A stretch of 57,646 nt of DNA. Source: Octopus sinensis. Its lineage: Eukaryota. Within the stretch, counting starts at the first letter, position 1; each line of letters begins with the position of its first letter. Positions 14,185-26,149 of this stretch are shown here, piece after piece. Made by a program: the position numbers and the translations under genes. The notes under the pieces are model-generated. The model ran no database searches. It worked only from the letters and a program-made list of their open reading frames with translations, and had not been told where the DNA came from. The DNA lies in NCBI RefSeq assembly GCF_006345805.1, contig NW_021833854.1, positions 1 through 57,646 on the forward strand, read 5' to 3'.

Positions 14185-15012
14185 ACTATCTATATTTCCT
14201 ATATAGTATTGGGAAAGTTTCATTTATGAGGACGTACTCCTGTATTTCTCTTGAGTGTTGGGTCCTTTGGGTGCTTGGATAAGATGCGGATGTCAAGTTG
14301 ACCCCGGTTGCCTCCGTGTTGGTCTTTTGCATCTTGGTAGAGTATGGAGGACTGTTTTCTATCGTCATATTGTCTCAAATGTCCATTTAGTCGTTCCACA
14401 ATGTTCTTAGACGTCTCACCTATGTACGTCATGTTCATGTCCTTACAAGCACCTTCTATGCATCTTATGCTGTAAACTACATTTCGAGGGCTAATCTTAT
14501 ACACTATGCAGTTATCAATGCATATGATATTCTCAAAGGGGTACGTCCTACATAGTTGTGATCTGACGATTTCACTGACTTTTCAATAATCTTAATGTTG
14601 AGTTTGGTCTCCTTCAGAGCTTTTCTAAATTTCGGGCTAATTTTCCATGAGCTGTGGCCTGTACAAACATCACTCCTTGATATTTATACCACGTGCTCGC
14701 CCTGTTTGCTTTGTCACAAGTTCTTTGTATCCTATTCCATTCTTTGTTTCTATATCGAGGGCAGGTACCACTGGTATCATCACATATAATGTTGTCTAAT
14801 TTCTTTCTAGCCCCCCACCCCCTGTATACTCGAACCCTATCTTTCTGATCATATCCAAAGAAGTGCATGCGGTGCATGAAGTTCTGTACATGTTTCTTCG
14901 TTTCATAGGGTTTGCACAGTGGGGACACATTGTTCATTATCCTAAGTCTGCTATCAGTATGCTAATTTTCATGTTGTGTGACGAAGCTGAGTTCTTGTGA
15001 ACAGCGGTGAGT
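14185..15012 (-). mobile_element. Penelope-like element relic (RT thumb/linker plus GIY-YIG endonuclease)
   Basis: Minus frames read VHKNSASSHNMKISILIAD..IMNNVSP...NFMHRMHFFGYDQKDR, then NVVYSIRCIEGACKDMNMTYIGETSKNIVERLNGH (VVY-YIG motif with the conserved R and H); frameshifted. Confidence 0.85.
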
Positions 15013-15399
15013 GTGTTAAATTATAAGGCACGAAAAGACAATGACTCGCCCCAGACAAAATAGAATATGTAAAAATGCTGAGTGTGAAAACTCAAACAAC
15101 AGCGGCACAGACGACAGTAAACCACAACACAGCGTACAGTTGTCATGGCAACAATCTGTTAATGCCATTCTGTCTGTTGATTGGCTAAAATTACCCAAAA
15201 TTTCCCAACTTTAATTCCAAATAACATCAGATTCTTTAATTTACGAGATAAAGTAATTATTTGGTCATAATCCAAATTCAGAGTTGCATCGATACACCAA
15301 AATTGAAAGCAAACTGATCAAAACTAGGGGGGGGGGTGATTTTGCGAATGAGAAAGACTAGATCCGAAATCGATATTATTATCGTCAGTCATCCCTCCG

Positions 15400-15900
15400 C
15401 CGTAGAATCTTCGTGGTCGTCCGATTAGCTAGAAATAGCAGCCAAATCTTCCGAGAATCAAACTCCTCCCGGGACGGATATTTCCCACGAGGAACTCCTC
15501 GATGTGTTGGCCATCCTGAAGACCACACATATTGGCCGTAGATGCTTCCCTGATCAGACACCTGACCAATCTCAATCAAGACAAAAAACGAGGTTAAACA
15601 ACACCATTGAAGATCAATCAGTCTGCTAGAAAAAGCAGCCAAATCTCTTTTAAAACGTTAAAAAACATTGTTGTCATTAAATACACCGTGCCTTTCTGAA
15701 GACGAAACTGGATGGTCATGGTTAGAACGTCTTTGATCTTTATTTCCTTGATTGGAACTCACCTGGAACTGAACAACAACAATAACAAAAACATAAAGAG
15801 TAAAACTCGCTTGATTTGCAAGGAATAACAGCCAAATCTGGTTGAATGTCTCAGTAAGACAAAAGACAAATTCCATAATGCTGTCCTAGGTAAACTGTGT
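15400..15900 (+). repeat. Diverged ~195-bp-period repeat
   Basis: Motif GCTAGAAATAGCAGCCAAATC or variants at about 15428, 15625 and 15818; the same motif and spacing occur at 27914, 28116 and 28307. Confidence 0.6.
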
Positions 15901-16682
15901 CCGAAAAGAAGTGACAGCCACCGCTGGATTGCTTTTGATCAGAGAAGTCACCTCTGCCAGAACTGACGCAGGGTTAAAGAACAATTACAACATTCTTCAA
16001 GAAATACTTCCACCAGCACCGCCACCGCCACCAACACCACTGCAACCACCACCACCACCACCACCGTCATAGCAAGCATCATTAGCATCATCATCGCCAT
16101 TGTCCCCCACCATTGACCTCCCCGCCACGGATTCTTAAACCGCCACTGCCACACCTACAACTACCCCCACCTACAATCCTCACCACCATCACCATCACCA
16201 GCATCAAGCCCACTGCTATCACCATGACTATCACCATCATCATCATCGTAATCAACACCACCATCACCACACTACTTCGGTCTCTGCTCTCTCGCCATCA
16301 CAGTTACCACCCGCCATTGGCACCAGAAATCCTTGCATCACCCCACCACCACCACCACCTCCATCACCACCGCCTCCACCATCATCGCCATCACCAAATT
16401 CAAGGTTTCAAAGATGACAGAATTATGATCCTGGTTCACATTTTCGGCCGGGAACAAAAGATTGATTTGTGGGGTTGTTAACATTGTTAGAGGCGGGGTG
16501 GAGGGAGAGAGAGAGAGAGAGAGAGAGACAGGGAGACGGGGGACGGACAGATAGATAGATAAATAGTGTGTGAGAGAGAGACAGACATACAAACACAGAA
16601 AGAGAGAGGGAAAGAGGGAGACAGAGAAAGAGAGTCATAGATAGATGAATAGATAGATAGAAGAGAGAGAGAGGAGAGAAAG

Positions 16683-16741
<59 letters not shown>

Positions 16742-16901
16742 GAGAGAGAAGAGAGAGAGATTGATGGATAGGAAAGGAGAGAGGTGGTGGTGGTGAGAGG
16801 AAGACGATGAAACTGGCGACGAGGGCGATGACGGTGATCAGCATTATGGCGATAACGATAATTGGAGTGAAGGAATTGGCAATTACGGCTCAGCCGATAA
16901 C

Positions 16902-16963
<62 letters not shown>

Positions 16964-17049
16964 CAGCAGTAGTAGTAGTAGTAGAGGTACATTTCTGGCG
17001 GTGTTTAATGGGTTGTAATTATTGCAGCGGTTGTGAGAGCCAGGGAGGA

Positions 17050-17925
17050 TCGAGTGTGGGTGGTGGTGGTGTGGTGGTGGTGGTGGTGGTGGTGGTGGTT
17101 TTGGTGGTGGTGGTGGTGGTTGGTGGTGGTGGTGGTGGTGGTGACGGTGGTGGTGGTGGTGGTGGTGGTGGTGGTGGTGGTGGTGACGGGGTGGTGGTGG
17201 TGGTGGTGGTGGTGGTTTCGTTGGTAGTGTTCACCAACGGTGACAGTAGAAATTTGGGATAAAGAACAAGCGAGCAAAGGAGGAAAGAAAAGGAGGAGGA
17301 GGAGGATGACAGGGAGGAGACCGAAGGGGACGTATTGGATGTGGGTGGTGGTATAAGGATGGAGGTGTGCGTGAGGAGTTGTAGGTGTGATGGATGTCAA
17401 TTGTTTCACAGTTTTGTTTAAATGGTTCCGTTGATAAGGTGAATAGGCTCTTCAGTAACTGATAACTGAAGAGCTGGCCGACCGTCGGACGGATGAGGAT
17501 GATGATGCTGATGAGGATGATGAAGGTGATGATGATGCTGATGTTGCTGTGTGGCAGTTATGGCTGCTGCTATTGTTAATGATGTTGATGACGATGATGA
17601 TGATGATGTAGATGTGTTTGTGTTAGCGTTGTTGTGAAAGAAATTGTTGTAGTTCTTGGAGGCGGTGGTGGTGGTGGTGGTGGTGGTGGTTGGTGGTGGT
17701 GGCGGCGGCGGCGGTGGTGGTGGTGGTGGTGGCGGCGGCGGCGGCAGCGGCGGCGGCGGCAGCGGCGGCGGCAGCGTGCGGCGGGGTGGTGGTGGTGGGG
17801 CGGCGGCGGCGGCGGCGGTGGTGGTGGTGGCGGCGGCGGCGGCAGCGGCGGGTGGTGGTGGTGGCGGCGGCGGCGCGCAGCGGCGGTGGTGGTGGTGGTG
17901 CCGGCGGCGGCGGCGGCTGTAGTGG
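17050..17925. repeat. (GGT)n and mixed (GGT/GGC)n tracts
   Basis: Direct reading: 17058-17218 is mostly GGT; 17660-17920 is interleaved GGT/GGC. Confidence 0.95.
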
Positions 17926-18859
17926 TCTATGTTGATGATGACAATGCTGATAATGTTTTGGTGATGCTGATGAGGATGATGACGATGATAATGATGAAGA
18001 CGACGTGGACGATGATGATGATGAGACTATTGTTGTGCTAGTGGTTGATGATGATGATGATGATGTTAATGATTATGATGATGATGATGATGATGATTAT
18101 GATGATGATGATGATGATGATGATTATGATGATGATGATGTAGTAGTTGGTGTTGTTGTCGCTGTTGTCATCGTTATCGTTGCCGTTATTGTTGCTGTTG
18201 TTGATATGTTGTTGTGGCAGTCATGCCTCACTTCATTCCTGAACGCGCAGATTAAAGGCCTTCCAGCCGTGACCATTTTTTTATTTTCCTAATGTCCAAA
18301 GAACCCAGAATCACATTATCCGATTGTCCTTTTTTTTTTCTTTTCTTTTCTGAAACATAGAACAACGTTTCGCAATCGAATGACGCAAAAATCCATTCCA
18401 AAGTATCCTGAGAATCCACGGTACCATAATTAGATCTGAGAAGAACTACAGGCTGGTTTGATTTTGTTGGATTTCGCCATCGAAAAGGCTGCTGGACGAA
18501 CAAAAGGTGAGGAAACACTGCTGCACAGCATCATTTGACGGCCTTTTGGCGATTGTCTTCCACAGTTCTTTACCGATGCTCTAAAGATACAGACTTTTGC
18601 TTTCAGACACGACTTCTACAACAAGAAGTCAGACTGAAAAGTCTTTTCTAAGAAAAACATCAATTTTCTGTGTGTGAGAGGAGGTCTAATAAAATTAATT
18701 TTTCCGGTTCTTGTTCGTCTTAATGTTCTTGTTTGGCTGCAAGATCAATTTCCGTCCAGAAAATCTATTTATAAGGCTTTCTAGTTGTGAAAATCCCGTC
18801 TGAACTTCTGGTTTTTTTAATTTTATTTTATTTCATTTCATTTCATTTCTCATAAACGC

Positions 18860-19160
18860 AGACTTTGTGGTGAGGAGTTTGTTTTCCAACCACACAGTTC
18901 CGGGTTCTGTCACACACCTTCATCGTGTGTCTTTTACTACAGTCTCAAGCCGACCAAAATCTTGTGTTTGTCCCACCACCAGCATTTGACCACCGGTGTC
19001 GCTACCCGTAACTTAGCGGTTCGGCAAAACCAACCGATAGAACATGTACCAAGTTGCGAAACTATAAATCCTGGTTGGTGTCGATTCGTTCGACTAAAAA
19101 TTCACGAAGGCGGTGCTCCAGCATGGCCGCAGTCTAATGATTGAAACGAGAAAAAGATAT
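18860..19160 (+). mobile_element. tRNA-derived SINE (family B)
   Basis: TGTGGTGAGGAG...CCAACCAC...GTTCCGGGTTC head; body GTAACTTAGCGGTTCGGCAAAA; tail GCGGTGCTCCAGCATGGCCGCAGTC. Confidence 0.8.
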
Positions 19161-19164
19161 ATTC

Positions 19165-19470
19165 TTTTATTCTTTTATTTGTTTCAGTCATTTGACTTCG
19201 GTCATGCCTTTAATCGAGCAAATAGACAGACCCCAGGACTTATTCTTTGTAACCCTAGCACATATTCTATCGGTCTCTTTTTGCCGAACCGCTAAGTTAC
19301 GGGGACGTAAGCACACCTACATCGGTTGTCAAGCGATGGTAGGGGAACAAACACAGACACACAAGCAAACATATATATATATATATATATGTTTCCGTCT
19401 ACCAAATCTACTCACAAGACTTTGGTCGGCCCGAGGTTATAGTAAACGACACTTGCCCAAGGTGCCAACG
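19165..19470 (-). mobile_element. SINE family B
   Basis: Reverse complement of the family B body (CCGAACCGCTAAGTTACGGGGACGTAA...GGTTGTCAAGCGATG); tail-to-tail with the previous copy. Confidence 0.85.
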
Positions 19471-19614
19471 AGAATATTTGCTATTAAAGTTTATTCCGTC
19501 CTACGGCCGTTTCGACCCGTCCTGCTGTGGTCCTTTGTGTGTGCCACTCCGTTCGACAGATTGTGTTGCATCGATCTTGCAGCTGGGTCACATCAGGTAC
19601 ATCGATAGATAAAG

Positions 19615-19801
19615 TGGTCTTCTTTTACTTGTTTCAGTCATTTGACTGCAGCCATGCTGGAGCGCCGCCTTGAAGTGTTTTCGTCAAACACATCGACCCC
19701 AGGACTTATTCTGTCGGTCTCTTTTGCCGAACTGCTAACTTATGGCGATGTAAACACACGAACACAGGTTGTCAAGCGGTGATGGGGGAACAAACACAAG
19801 T

Positions 19802-19810
<9 letters not shown>
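19615..19810 (-). mobile_element. SINE family B, 3' half
   Basis: TTGTTTCAGTCATTTGACTGCAGCCATGCTGGAGCGCCGCC and GGTTGTCAAGCGGTG. Confidence 0.8.
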
Positions 19811-19840
<30 letters not shown>

Positions 19841-19972
19841 TATATATAGTTGTTCTATAAAGCTCGAAACAAATGTACCACAATATCATTCGTGTCGTGT
19901 CTTCCATTTATTTCATTTGATACATATATATATATATATACATGCATACACACACACACACACACACACGCA

Positions 19973-20070
<98 letters not shown>

Positions 20071-20394
20071 CATATATATATATCCACTGTATATGTCTTC
20101 TTCTGTTGCACTAACGCTACGTTCTTCCGATAGCTGAAAGAGCCTGTCTGTTATTGATTTATTCATATTTGTAAATACACAATTATTTCCCGTCTGCTGT
20201 GTAACCGAAAGGCGTTCGTCTCTTGTATGATTCTGGCTTTCTTGTTTTTGCTTCCCTTTTGGTTTTGATCTTGTATGCATTCGTTTGCTTTTCGCAGAGG
20301 CTCAATGCTTACAGCTTAAGCCCCTTGCACCGGCTGGCTTCGAACAGTTTCGGCATAAACGGTGCGAAACTATACTGACTTTCCATAAACCGGT

Positions 20395-20655
20395 TGTGAT
20401 TCCCGCACTGAGCTGCGTGTTGAGTTCTTGAGCTGTGACGTCATTGGTGCCAAGCTGTATCGGCCCCTTTGTCTTTTCCTTGGATAACATCGGTGGTGAA
20501 GAGAAGGGTGGCTGGGGTGAATGGGTGACTGCTGGTCTTCCATGAAAACAACCCTAGGTTGTGTCTTCGTCGGTGAGGCGACTTTCCGCCCAGATTTGTA
20601 CCCCGGATGGGAACCTCTTAGGTGCACCCATGGTCATTCGTAACCGAAGGTGTCG
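20395..20655 (+). mobile_element. SINE family C, 3' part
   Basis: Shares CCTTGGATAACAT...GACTGCTGGTCTTCCAT...TAGGTGCA with 7400-7730. Confidence 0.65.
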
Positions 20656-20994
20656 AGTTATGTACATATGCATATATGTGTGTGTGTATGTAGGTATGTA
20701 TATATATATATGTGTGTGTGTGTAGTGTGTGTGCATAGATTATGTGTATGTGTATACATATTTTTGTGCAAAGTTTTTCGTCCTTTTCAGTAGCAGATGT
20801 GATGTTTCCTTCCTAAATATAGGAAGGGGTCAAGAGATTTAAGAGAGCGGGTTTTCTTTCGTTGTACCTATTGAACCATCCAGATTGAAGCAGATACATC
20901 GAGACGTTCAGCAGTTGACATGAGGACCCATTGTATCTGCTGCCGGTGTTGATATATCGTTAGGGATGGTCAGAATTGACGATGATGATGATGA

Positions 20995-21414
20995 TGAGGA
21001 GGAGGAGGAGGAGGAGAGGAGGAGGAGGAGGAGAGGAGGAGGAGGAGAGGAGGAGGAGGAGGACAGTGGCAGCAGGAAAGACAACAGCAATGATGATTGT
21101 CTTGATGGTAATGAGAAGATCTGAAGAAGAAGAAGAAGAAGGAGAAGGAAAAAAAGAAGAAGAAGAAGAAGAAGAAGAAGAGAAAAATGAAGAAGAAGAA
21201 GAAAGAAGAAGAAGAAGAAGAAGAAGAAGAAGAAGAAGAAGAAGAAAAAAGAAGAAGAAAAAGAAAAAGAAGAAGAGAAAAATGAAGAAGAAGAAGAAGA
21301 AGAAGAAGAAGAAGAAGAAGAAGAATGAAACAAACAATTAAAGAAAGAAAGAAAGAAAGAAAAAGAAGGAGAATAAAAAAGAAAAAGAAAGGAAGAAAGA
21401 AAGAAAGAAAGAAA

Positions 21415-21462
<48 letters not shown>

Positions 21463-21480
21463 GAGAAAGAAGGAAAGAGC
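20995..21480. repeat. Polypurine tract (GAG)n/(GAA)n/(GAAA)n
   Basis: Direct reading; 21125-21480 is almost entirely purine. Confidence 0.95.
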
Positions 21481-21779
21481 TCCAACGATTGCAATATGAA
21501 AACAAAGCAGAGTTTCAAATTTCATAAGTATTTATTCTGAAGAGAATTTTCCTTTCGACCTGTTTTTGTACGGAATTCCACCATTCTTGTTACCAAGTCG
21601 AATTCTTCAGAATGGCAACGTGGAATCATATTCGAGTGCTTCTCTCTTATCTCGGCCAATCTTTCGCTGCTATATCGGTTTACACTCTTATTAATTCTAG
21701 TATGATATATGAGTGTATGGGTACAATATGCATACATTCACACATCACACACATATACATACATACATACATACATACA

Positions 21780-21811
<32 letters not shown>

Positions 21812-22163
21812 CATAGACAAACACACACACATACATACATATATACACATGTATGTATATATATATATTTATATAGGTCTACATACCCGCAAACATTTAT
21901 ACACATACATTCGAATTCACATATACTTACAAATACATATATATATATATATTTAATTTCCTATATGATATACATACATACATACACACACATATATATA
22001 TATACGCGCATAAGTGTGTATACACACACATATCTTCTCATAAAAGCATTTACATATATACAAATATATTTGTGTGTGTAGACGCTCACACAACACCATT
22101 TCTTAGAATAGATTAAAAATTTATACGTAAACTGAAAAAGGACAAAATATTTTTTGTTCTGCA

Positions 22164-22212
<49 letters not shown>

Positions 22213-22226
22213 ATGTGCGTGTATGT

Positions 22227-22274
<48 letters not shown>

Positions 22275-22478
22275 TGTGCGTGTGTGTGTGTTTATATCCA
22301 GTTATAATAAGCAATTTTACATTAATCTGACGGATTACTCTGTACTTTTGTAGAGTACCAATTTATTATTCTTGAAACCAAGAATATTGTTGACAGTGAC
22401 TTCGAAGTTTCATCCAGCTAAACCATTGTCCATATGTGTATATATATGTGTGTATATATATATATATATGTATGTATG

Positions 22479-22520
<42 letters not shown>

Positions 22521-22634
22521 CGTATATATGTATGTATGTATGTATGTATATATGTATGTATGTGTGTATGTATGAATGTATTTATGTATGTGTGTATGTA
22601 TGCATATATGTATGTATGCATATATGTATGTATG

Positions 22635-22668
<34 letters not shown>

Positions 22669-22949
22669 TGTATGTATGTATATATGTATGTATGTATACT
22701 CGCAGTAATACCCGTCGTTGATCGGGTAATTCCTTTTACTCTTCCTCGAGAGCCACATGCAAAGTCTTATTATAATCTACTCCTCCTGCATGTGTGTATT
22801 TTATAAGAAAAAAGACATGCAATGATAGAAGTACAAAAATGATCAATTTCCTACACGAACTTCTGTTTGTTTATTACATGACAATAGTGAGTTGTATGTG
22901 TTATTTTATATATCAATACAGTAATGGCAGTTACGTAATACACAACGGT

Positions 22950-23065
22950 TTAGTCGGCAAGGAGCTGTAACGAAAGAAGACAATTGTCCAACGTACCGCA
23001 CAGTGGGACTGAACCCGAGGCGATATGGTTGGAAAGGAAGCTTCTCAACCACACAGCCATGCTTA
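22950..23065 (-). mobile_element. SINE family B, 5' head
   Basis: Minus strand GCTGTGTGGTTGAGAAGCTTCCTTTCCAACCATATCGCCTCGGGTTCAGTCCCACTGTGCGG. Confidence 0.75.
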
Positions 23066-23191
23066 TAAAGGAGAGATATACTTTGAATAATATACTCCTT
23101 GACATAATATGCTTAGATGGGATGTTTACGGCGAGAAGACCTTTCATTTTAATATTTGCTCGAGCAACACAACTAACAATGCTACACCATA

Positions 23192-23677
23192 CAGGGTGTT
23201 CCAGAATTAACTATCTGCTTCAATGAAACTGAGCAAATTTTTTTTTAAAAACTGACAGAATTTTATGTTTATTACCAAAACAAATAGATTTATAAATCTT
23301 TCGTCAAACTTTTATTAAAAATTTTCAACATGTCTGTCTCCCTGCATACTTCAAATTTCTCCTCAGCGTTGTGAAACACATTTTGAAGCATTTCAGGAGT
23401 TATCTCCTGCACTGCCAACCGAATGTGTCCTTTAAGCTCAGCTAAACGATTGCTCCATCTTGGGGACGGAGGTAAAGAAAATGGTTGCTGCCAAATTGAA
23501 AAAAAGCTGTCATGGACAAATAAGAGGGTTCCAACAGGAATGAAAATAAAATTATAAACAAAATTCAAAATTTATTCACTTTTAAGGCATATCAAACATG
23601 ATAAACATAAATAAAAGTGAGTTTTTTTTTAATGCATCCGATCTCACTCAAATCATCATTAATTCTGGGACATCCTG
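23192..23677 (-). mobile_element. Internally deleted Tc1/mariner element
   Basis: TIRs CAGGGTGTTCCAGAATTAA / TTAATTCTGGGACATCCTG flanked by TA on both sides; retains a transposase C-terminus (ELKGHIRLAVQEITPEMLQNVFHN...FEVC). Confidence 0.85.
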
Positions 23678-23859
23678 TAATTATTCGTCTGACGAAACAG
23701 CGGAGGGAACATGGGAGGGGGGCTAATTGAAGGTGGTGGGTGTAGCTTCCGGAAGTGGTCACGTGGTCAAACTAAAATGGCTGTGGGTCACAACAGCAGT
23801 TTGTTTTTTTGTATGAATATTTTGCATCATATAGTTCAGACATGGATGACATAGAAAGC

Positions 23860-24524
23860 CGACATGCTGCCAGGACATGCGGCGTTGCGCAGGATTCGAA
23901 ACGTGAAACATCAACAGAGCACTTCTGGAGAATGGATGGATGGGTTTGGTGTGTCTTTACCCAGCCACACACACATGCACATGGCCCGGCGGTGTGCGGG
24001 ATGGTAACATGAAGCGGTTGATGAGGGTCAAGGGGAATAGCAGCCCACGCGGCGCCGACAAATTTTTTTATATTCTTCTTATTTCTTCTGCCAAATTGGA
24101 CAAAAAAGTTTTCATGAAATATTATACGCTGCTTATCGTCGAAAAATGGCTTGAAACAAAGATAAAACCCAGTGCAGTATACTCAAATCTGATTGATCTG
24201 CATTTTGAGGGTGGGGCCATAGTCGGCGTCGGAATTTTTTTTAGTCAACAGCAATTCGAGGAACCTGATTAATGTTTGTTGCAAATTTGGAGGAAAGCGA
24301 CTGGATACTCTCCGAGTTACGGGCCTTAACGCTGCGAAAATGCTTTAAAATGCAGTTTATCTGCCTCTGGATCCACATTAGACAAGAAACTGAAATTGTT
24401 TTGGGCCCTTGATACTCTATGGACCCTATATAATGCATTGTGAAATTTCATTAAAATTGGTTGCGTGGATCTCAAGTTTTAACAAGACAAACACATAGAC
24501 AGACACACATCCTGTGTTTATATA
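23860..24524 (+). mobile_element. Helentron/HINE-like element (5' boundary uncertain)
   Basis: 3' part GAAATTTCATTAAAATTGGTTGCGTGG...ACAAACACATAGACAGACACACATCC...TTTATATATA; GCGGCGTTGCGCAGG near the putative 5' end. Confidence 0.45.
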
Positions 24525-26024
24525 TAAACTGAACCACAGAAGAAACATCGCACACATACTCGATAGAAACCGGTTAATCGACAAACTGCTCTAGCATTGA
24601 TTGAAGAGTGCTAATAAGAGACCATTCTTCCCTAATGATAAAGCTTCATTTCCTGAAACATGTTTGATGTCACATGGTGTCATGTGTTGACTGAATGTCC
24701 TGGATTCAAAGAGATGAACTCAATACCTTGTGTGACCACCGTTAGCGTTGATTACCACCAGGCATCTTCTGTACAATGAATGCACCAAACTGTTGATGAT
24801 GGTCAAGGGGAATAGCGGCACACACTCAGTTAAAACCTGCTGTGAGTTGTGCCGCAGTTGTCATTTAGCCTTCTTTGGATTTCGTCCCACAGGTGCCCTA
24901 TGGAGTTCAAGTTCGGACTTGGGGCTGGCCATGGCAGTGTCTGGATGTTGTGCTGTTGGAGGAAGTCTGTTGTCAACCTGGTAGTATGGCCACGGGCGTT
25001 GTCATGCTGGAGCATGTGATTCCGATGATAGGAAAAGTATGACACAATGTGAAGCCTCAAAACTTGGTCGATGAAGCGGACATCGGTCACTCCATGGCCC
25101 CGGCCTTGACCGATGTTTTGGAAGACCACCAGTCCAAGTTTCTGGTTGAGTGCAATCCAGCCCCATGCCATGATGCTCTATCCTCCCCATGAGTCTCTCT
25201 CTACCACACAGCCATCGGGGCTTAATGTTCACCCCTTCTCCGAACCCTAGCTCTGGCATCTGCCACAGAAATGCAATATCGACTTTCAGCAGAGAAGACT
25301 ACAGTCCTCCATTATTGCCAGTTCTGATGTTTTTGAGCCCGCTGCAGACGTGCCTGTCGATGACGATTTGTGAAGATGGGGCCCCTAGCTTGACGTCGAC
25401 AAGACAGATTGAAAGATCTCAACCGGCAGCGAATATTCTCTACACAAATGGGTCTGTGGTGAGACCCTATGGTCTGCCTAGCTGATTCCGTTGACCTCCG
25501 GAATCGGTCCTGAAAGTGTTGTCGGTGCAGGTGGCGATCTTGATGTGCCGTTATAACCCTCGGTCGGCCACTATGTAGACAATCATCCGTGCTGTTTGTA
25601 GCATTGTATCGTTCCCTCAGCTGCTCAATTGTCCGAATACTGCAGTACAAGTCATTAGCAATGACCCACGGACGTAGAGCAGCATGAAGGTATTTGATGG
25701 CTTGCTCCCTCTGGTTTCGTGTCAGTCTTGGCATGCTTGCTGCATTCAGGAAACGAATGACAGGCTGGGAAACTTGGGTGCCCCTTATACCTAATGAGTC
25801 AACGCTTTGCACTTGCATCATGCTTCTCGTAAAAATGCGTTCGCGAGACTTACCATGATCAAACCCTACATGCAACCTTTGTGTTTTCAAAAAAGAGTGG
25901 TTTTATGGGTCAGTGACATCCTCCTGGTGTCAAATTACCTGGAAATGTGATCCATATAATCTCAATATCGCGTGTGAAGCAAATTATCTTTTACGGTGCG
26001 ACACTTCTTTTGTAGTTCAGTACA
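24525..26024 (-). mobile_element. Full-length decayed Tc1-family transposon (~1.5 kb)
   Basis: Imperfect TIRs (ACTGAACCACAGAAGAAACATCGCAC vs ACTGAACTACAAAAGAAGTGTCGCAC) with flanking TA; frameshifted transposase MPRLTRNQREQAI...SGRPRVIT...VVFSAESRY...LQHDNARGH...PWPAPSPNLNSIGHLW with degenerate catalytic residues. Confidence 0.9.
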
Positions 26025-26040
26025 TATGTGTGTGTATGTA

Positions 26041-26086
<46 letters not shown>

Positions 26087-26149
26087 CGTATGTATGTATG
26101 TGTGCATATATGTATATGTAAAAAAGGGAGGCAGTAACAATTGATTACA

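Noticed and set aside
17447-17474. 10-bp hairpin GCTCTTCAGT / ACTGAAGAGC
   Set aside because: Isolated, with no GAAA partner or U-tract; compatible with chance or a local inversion.
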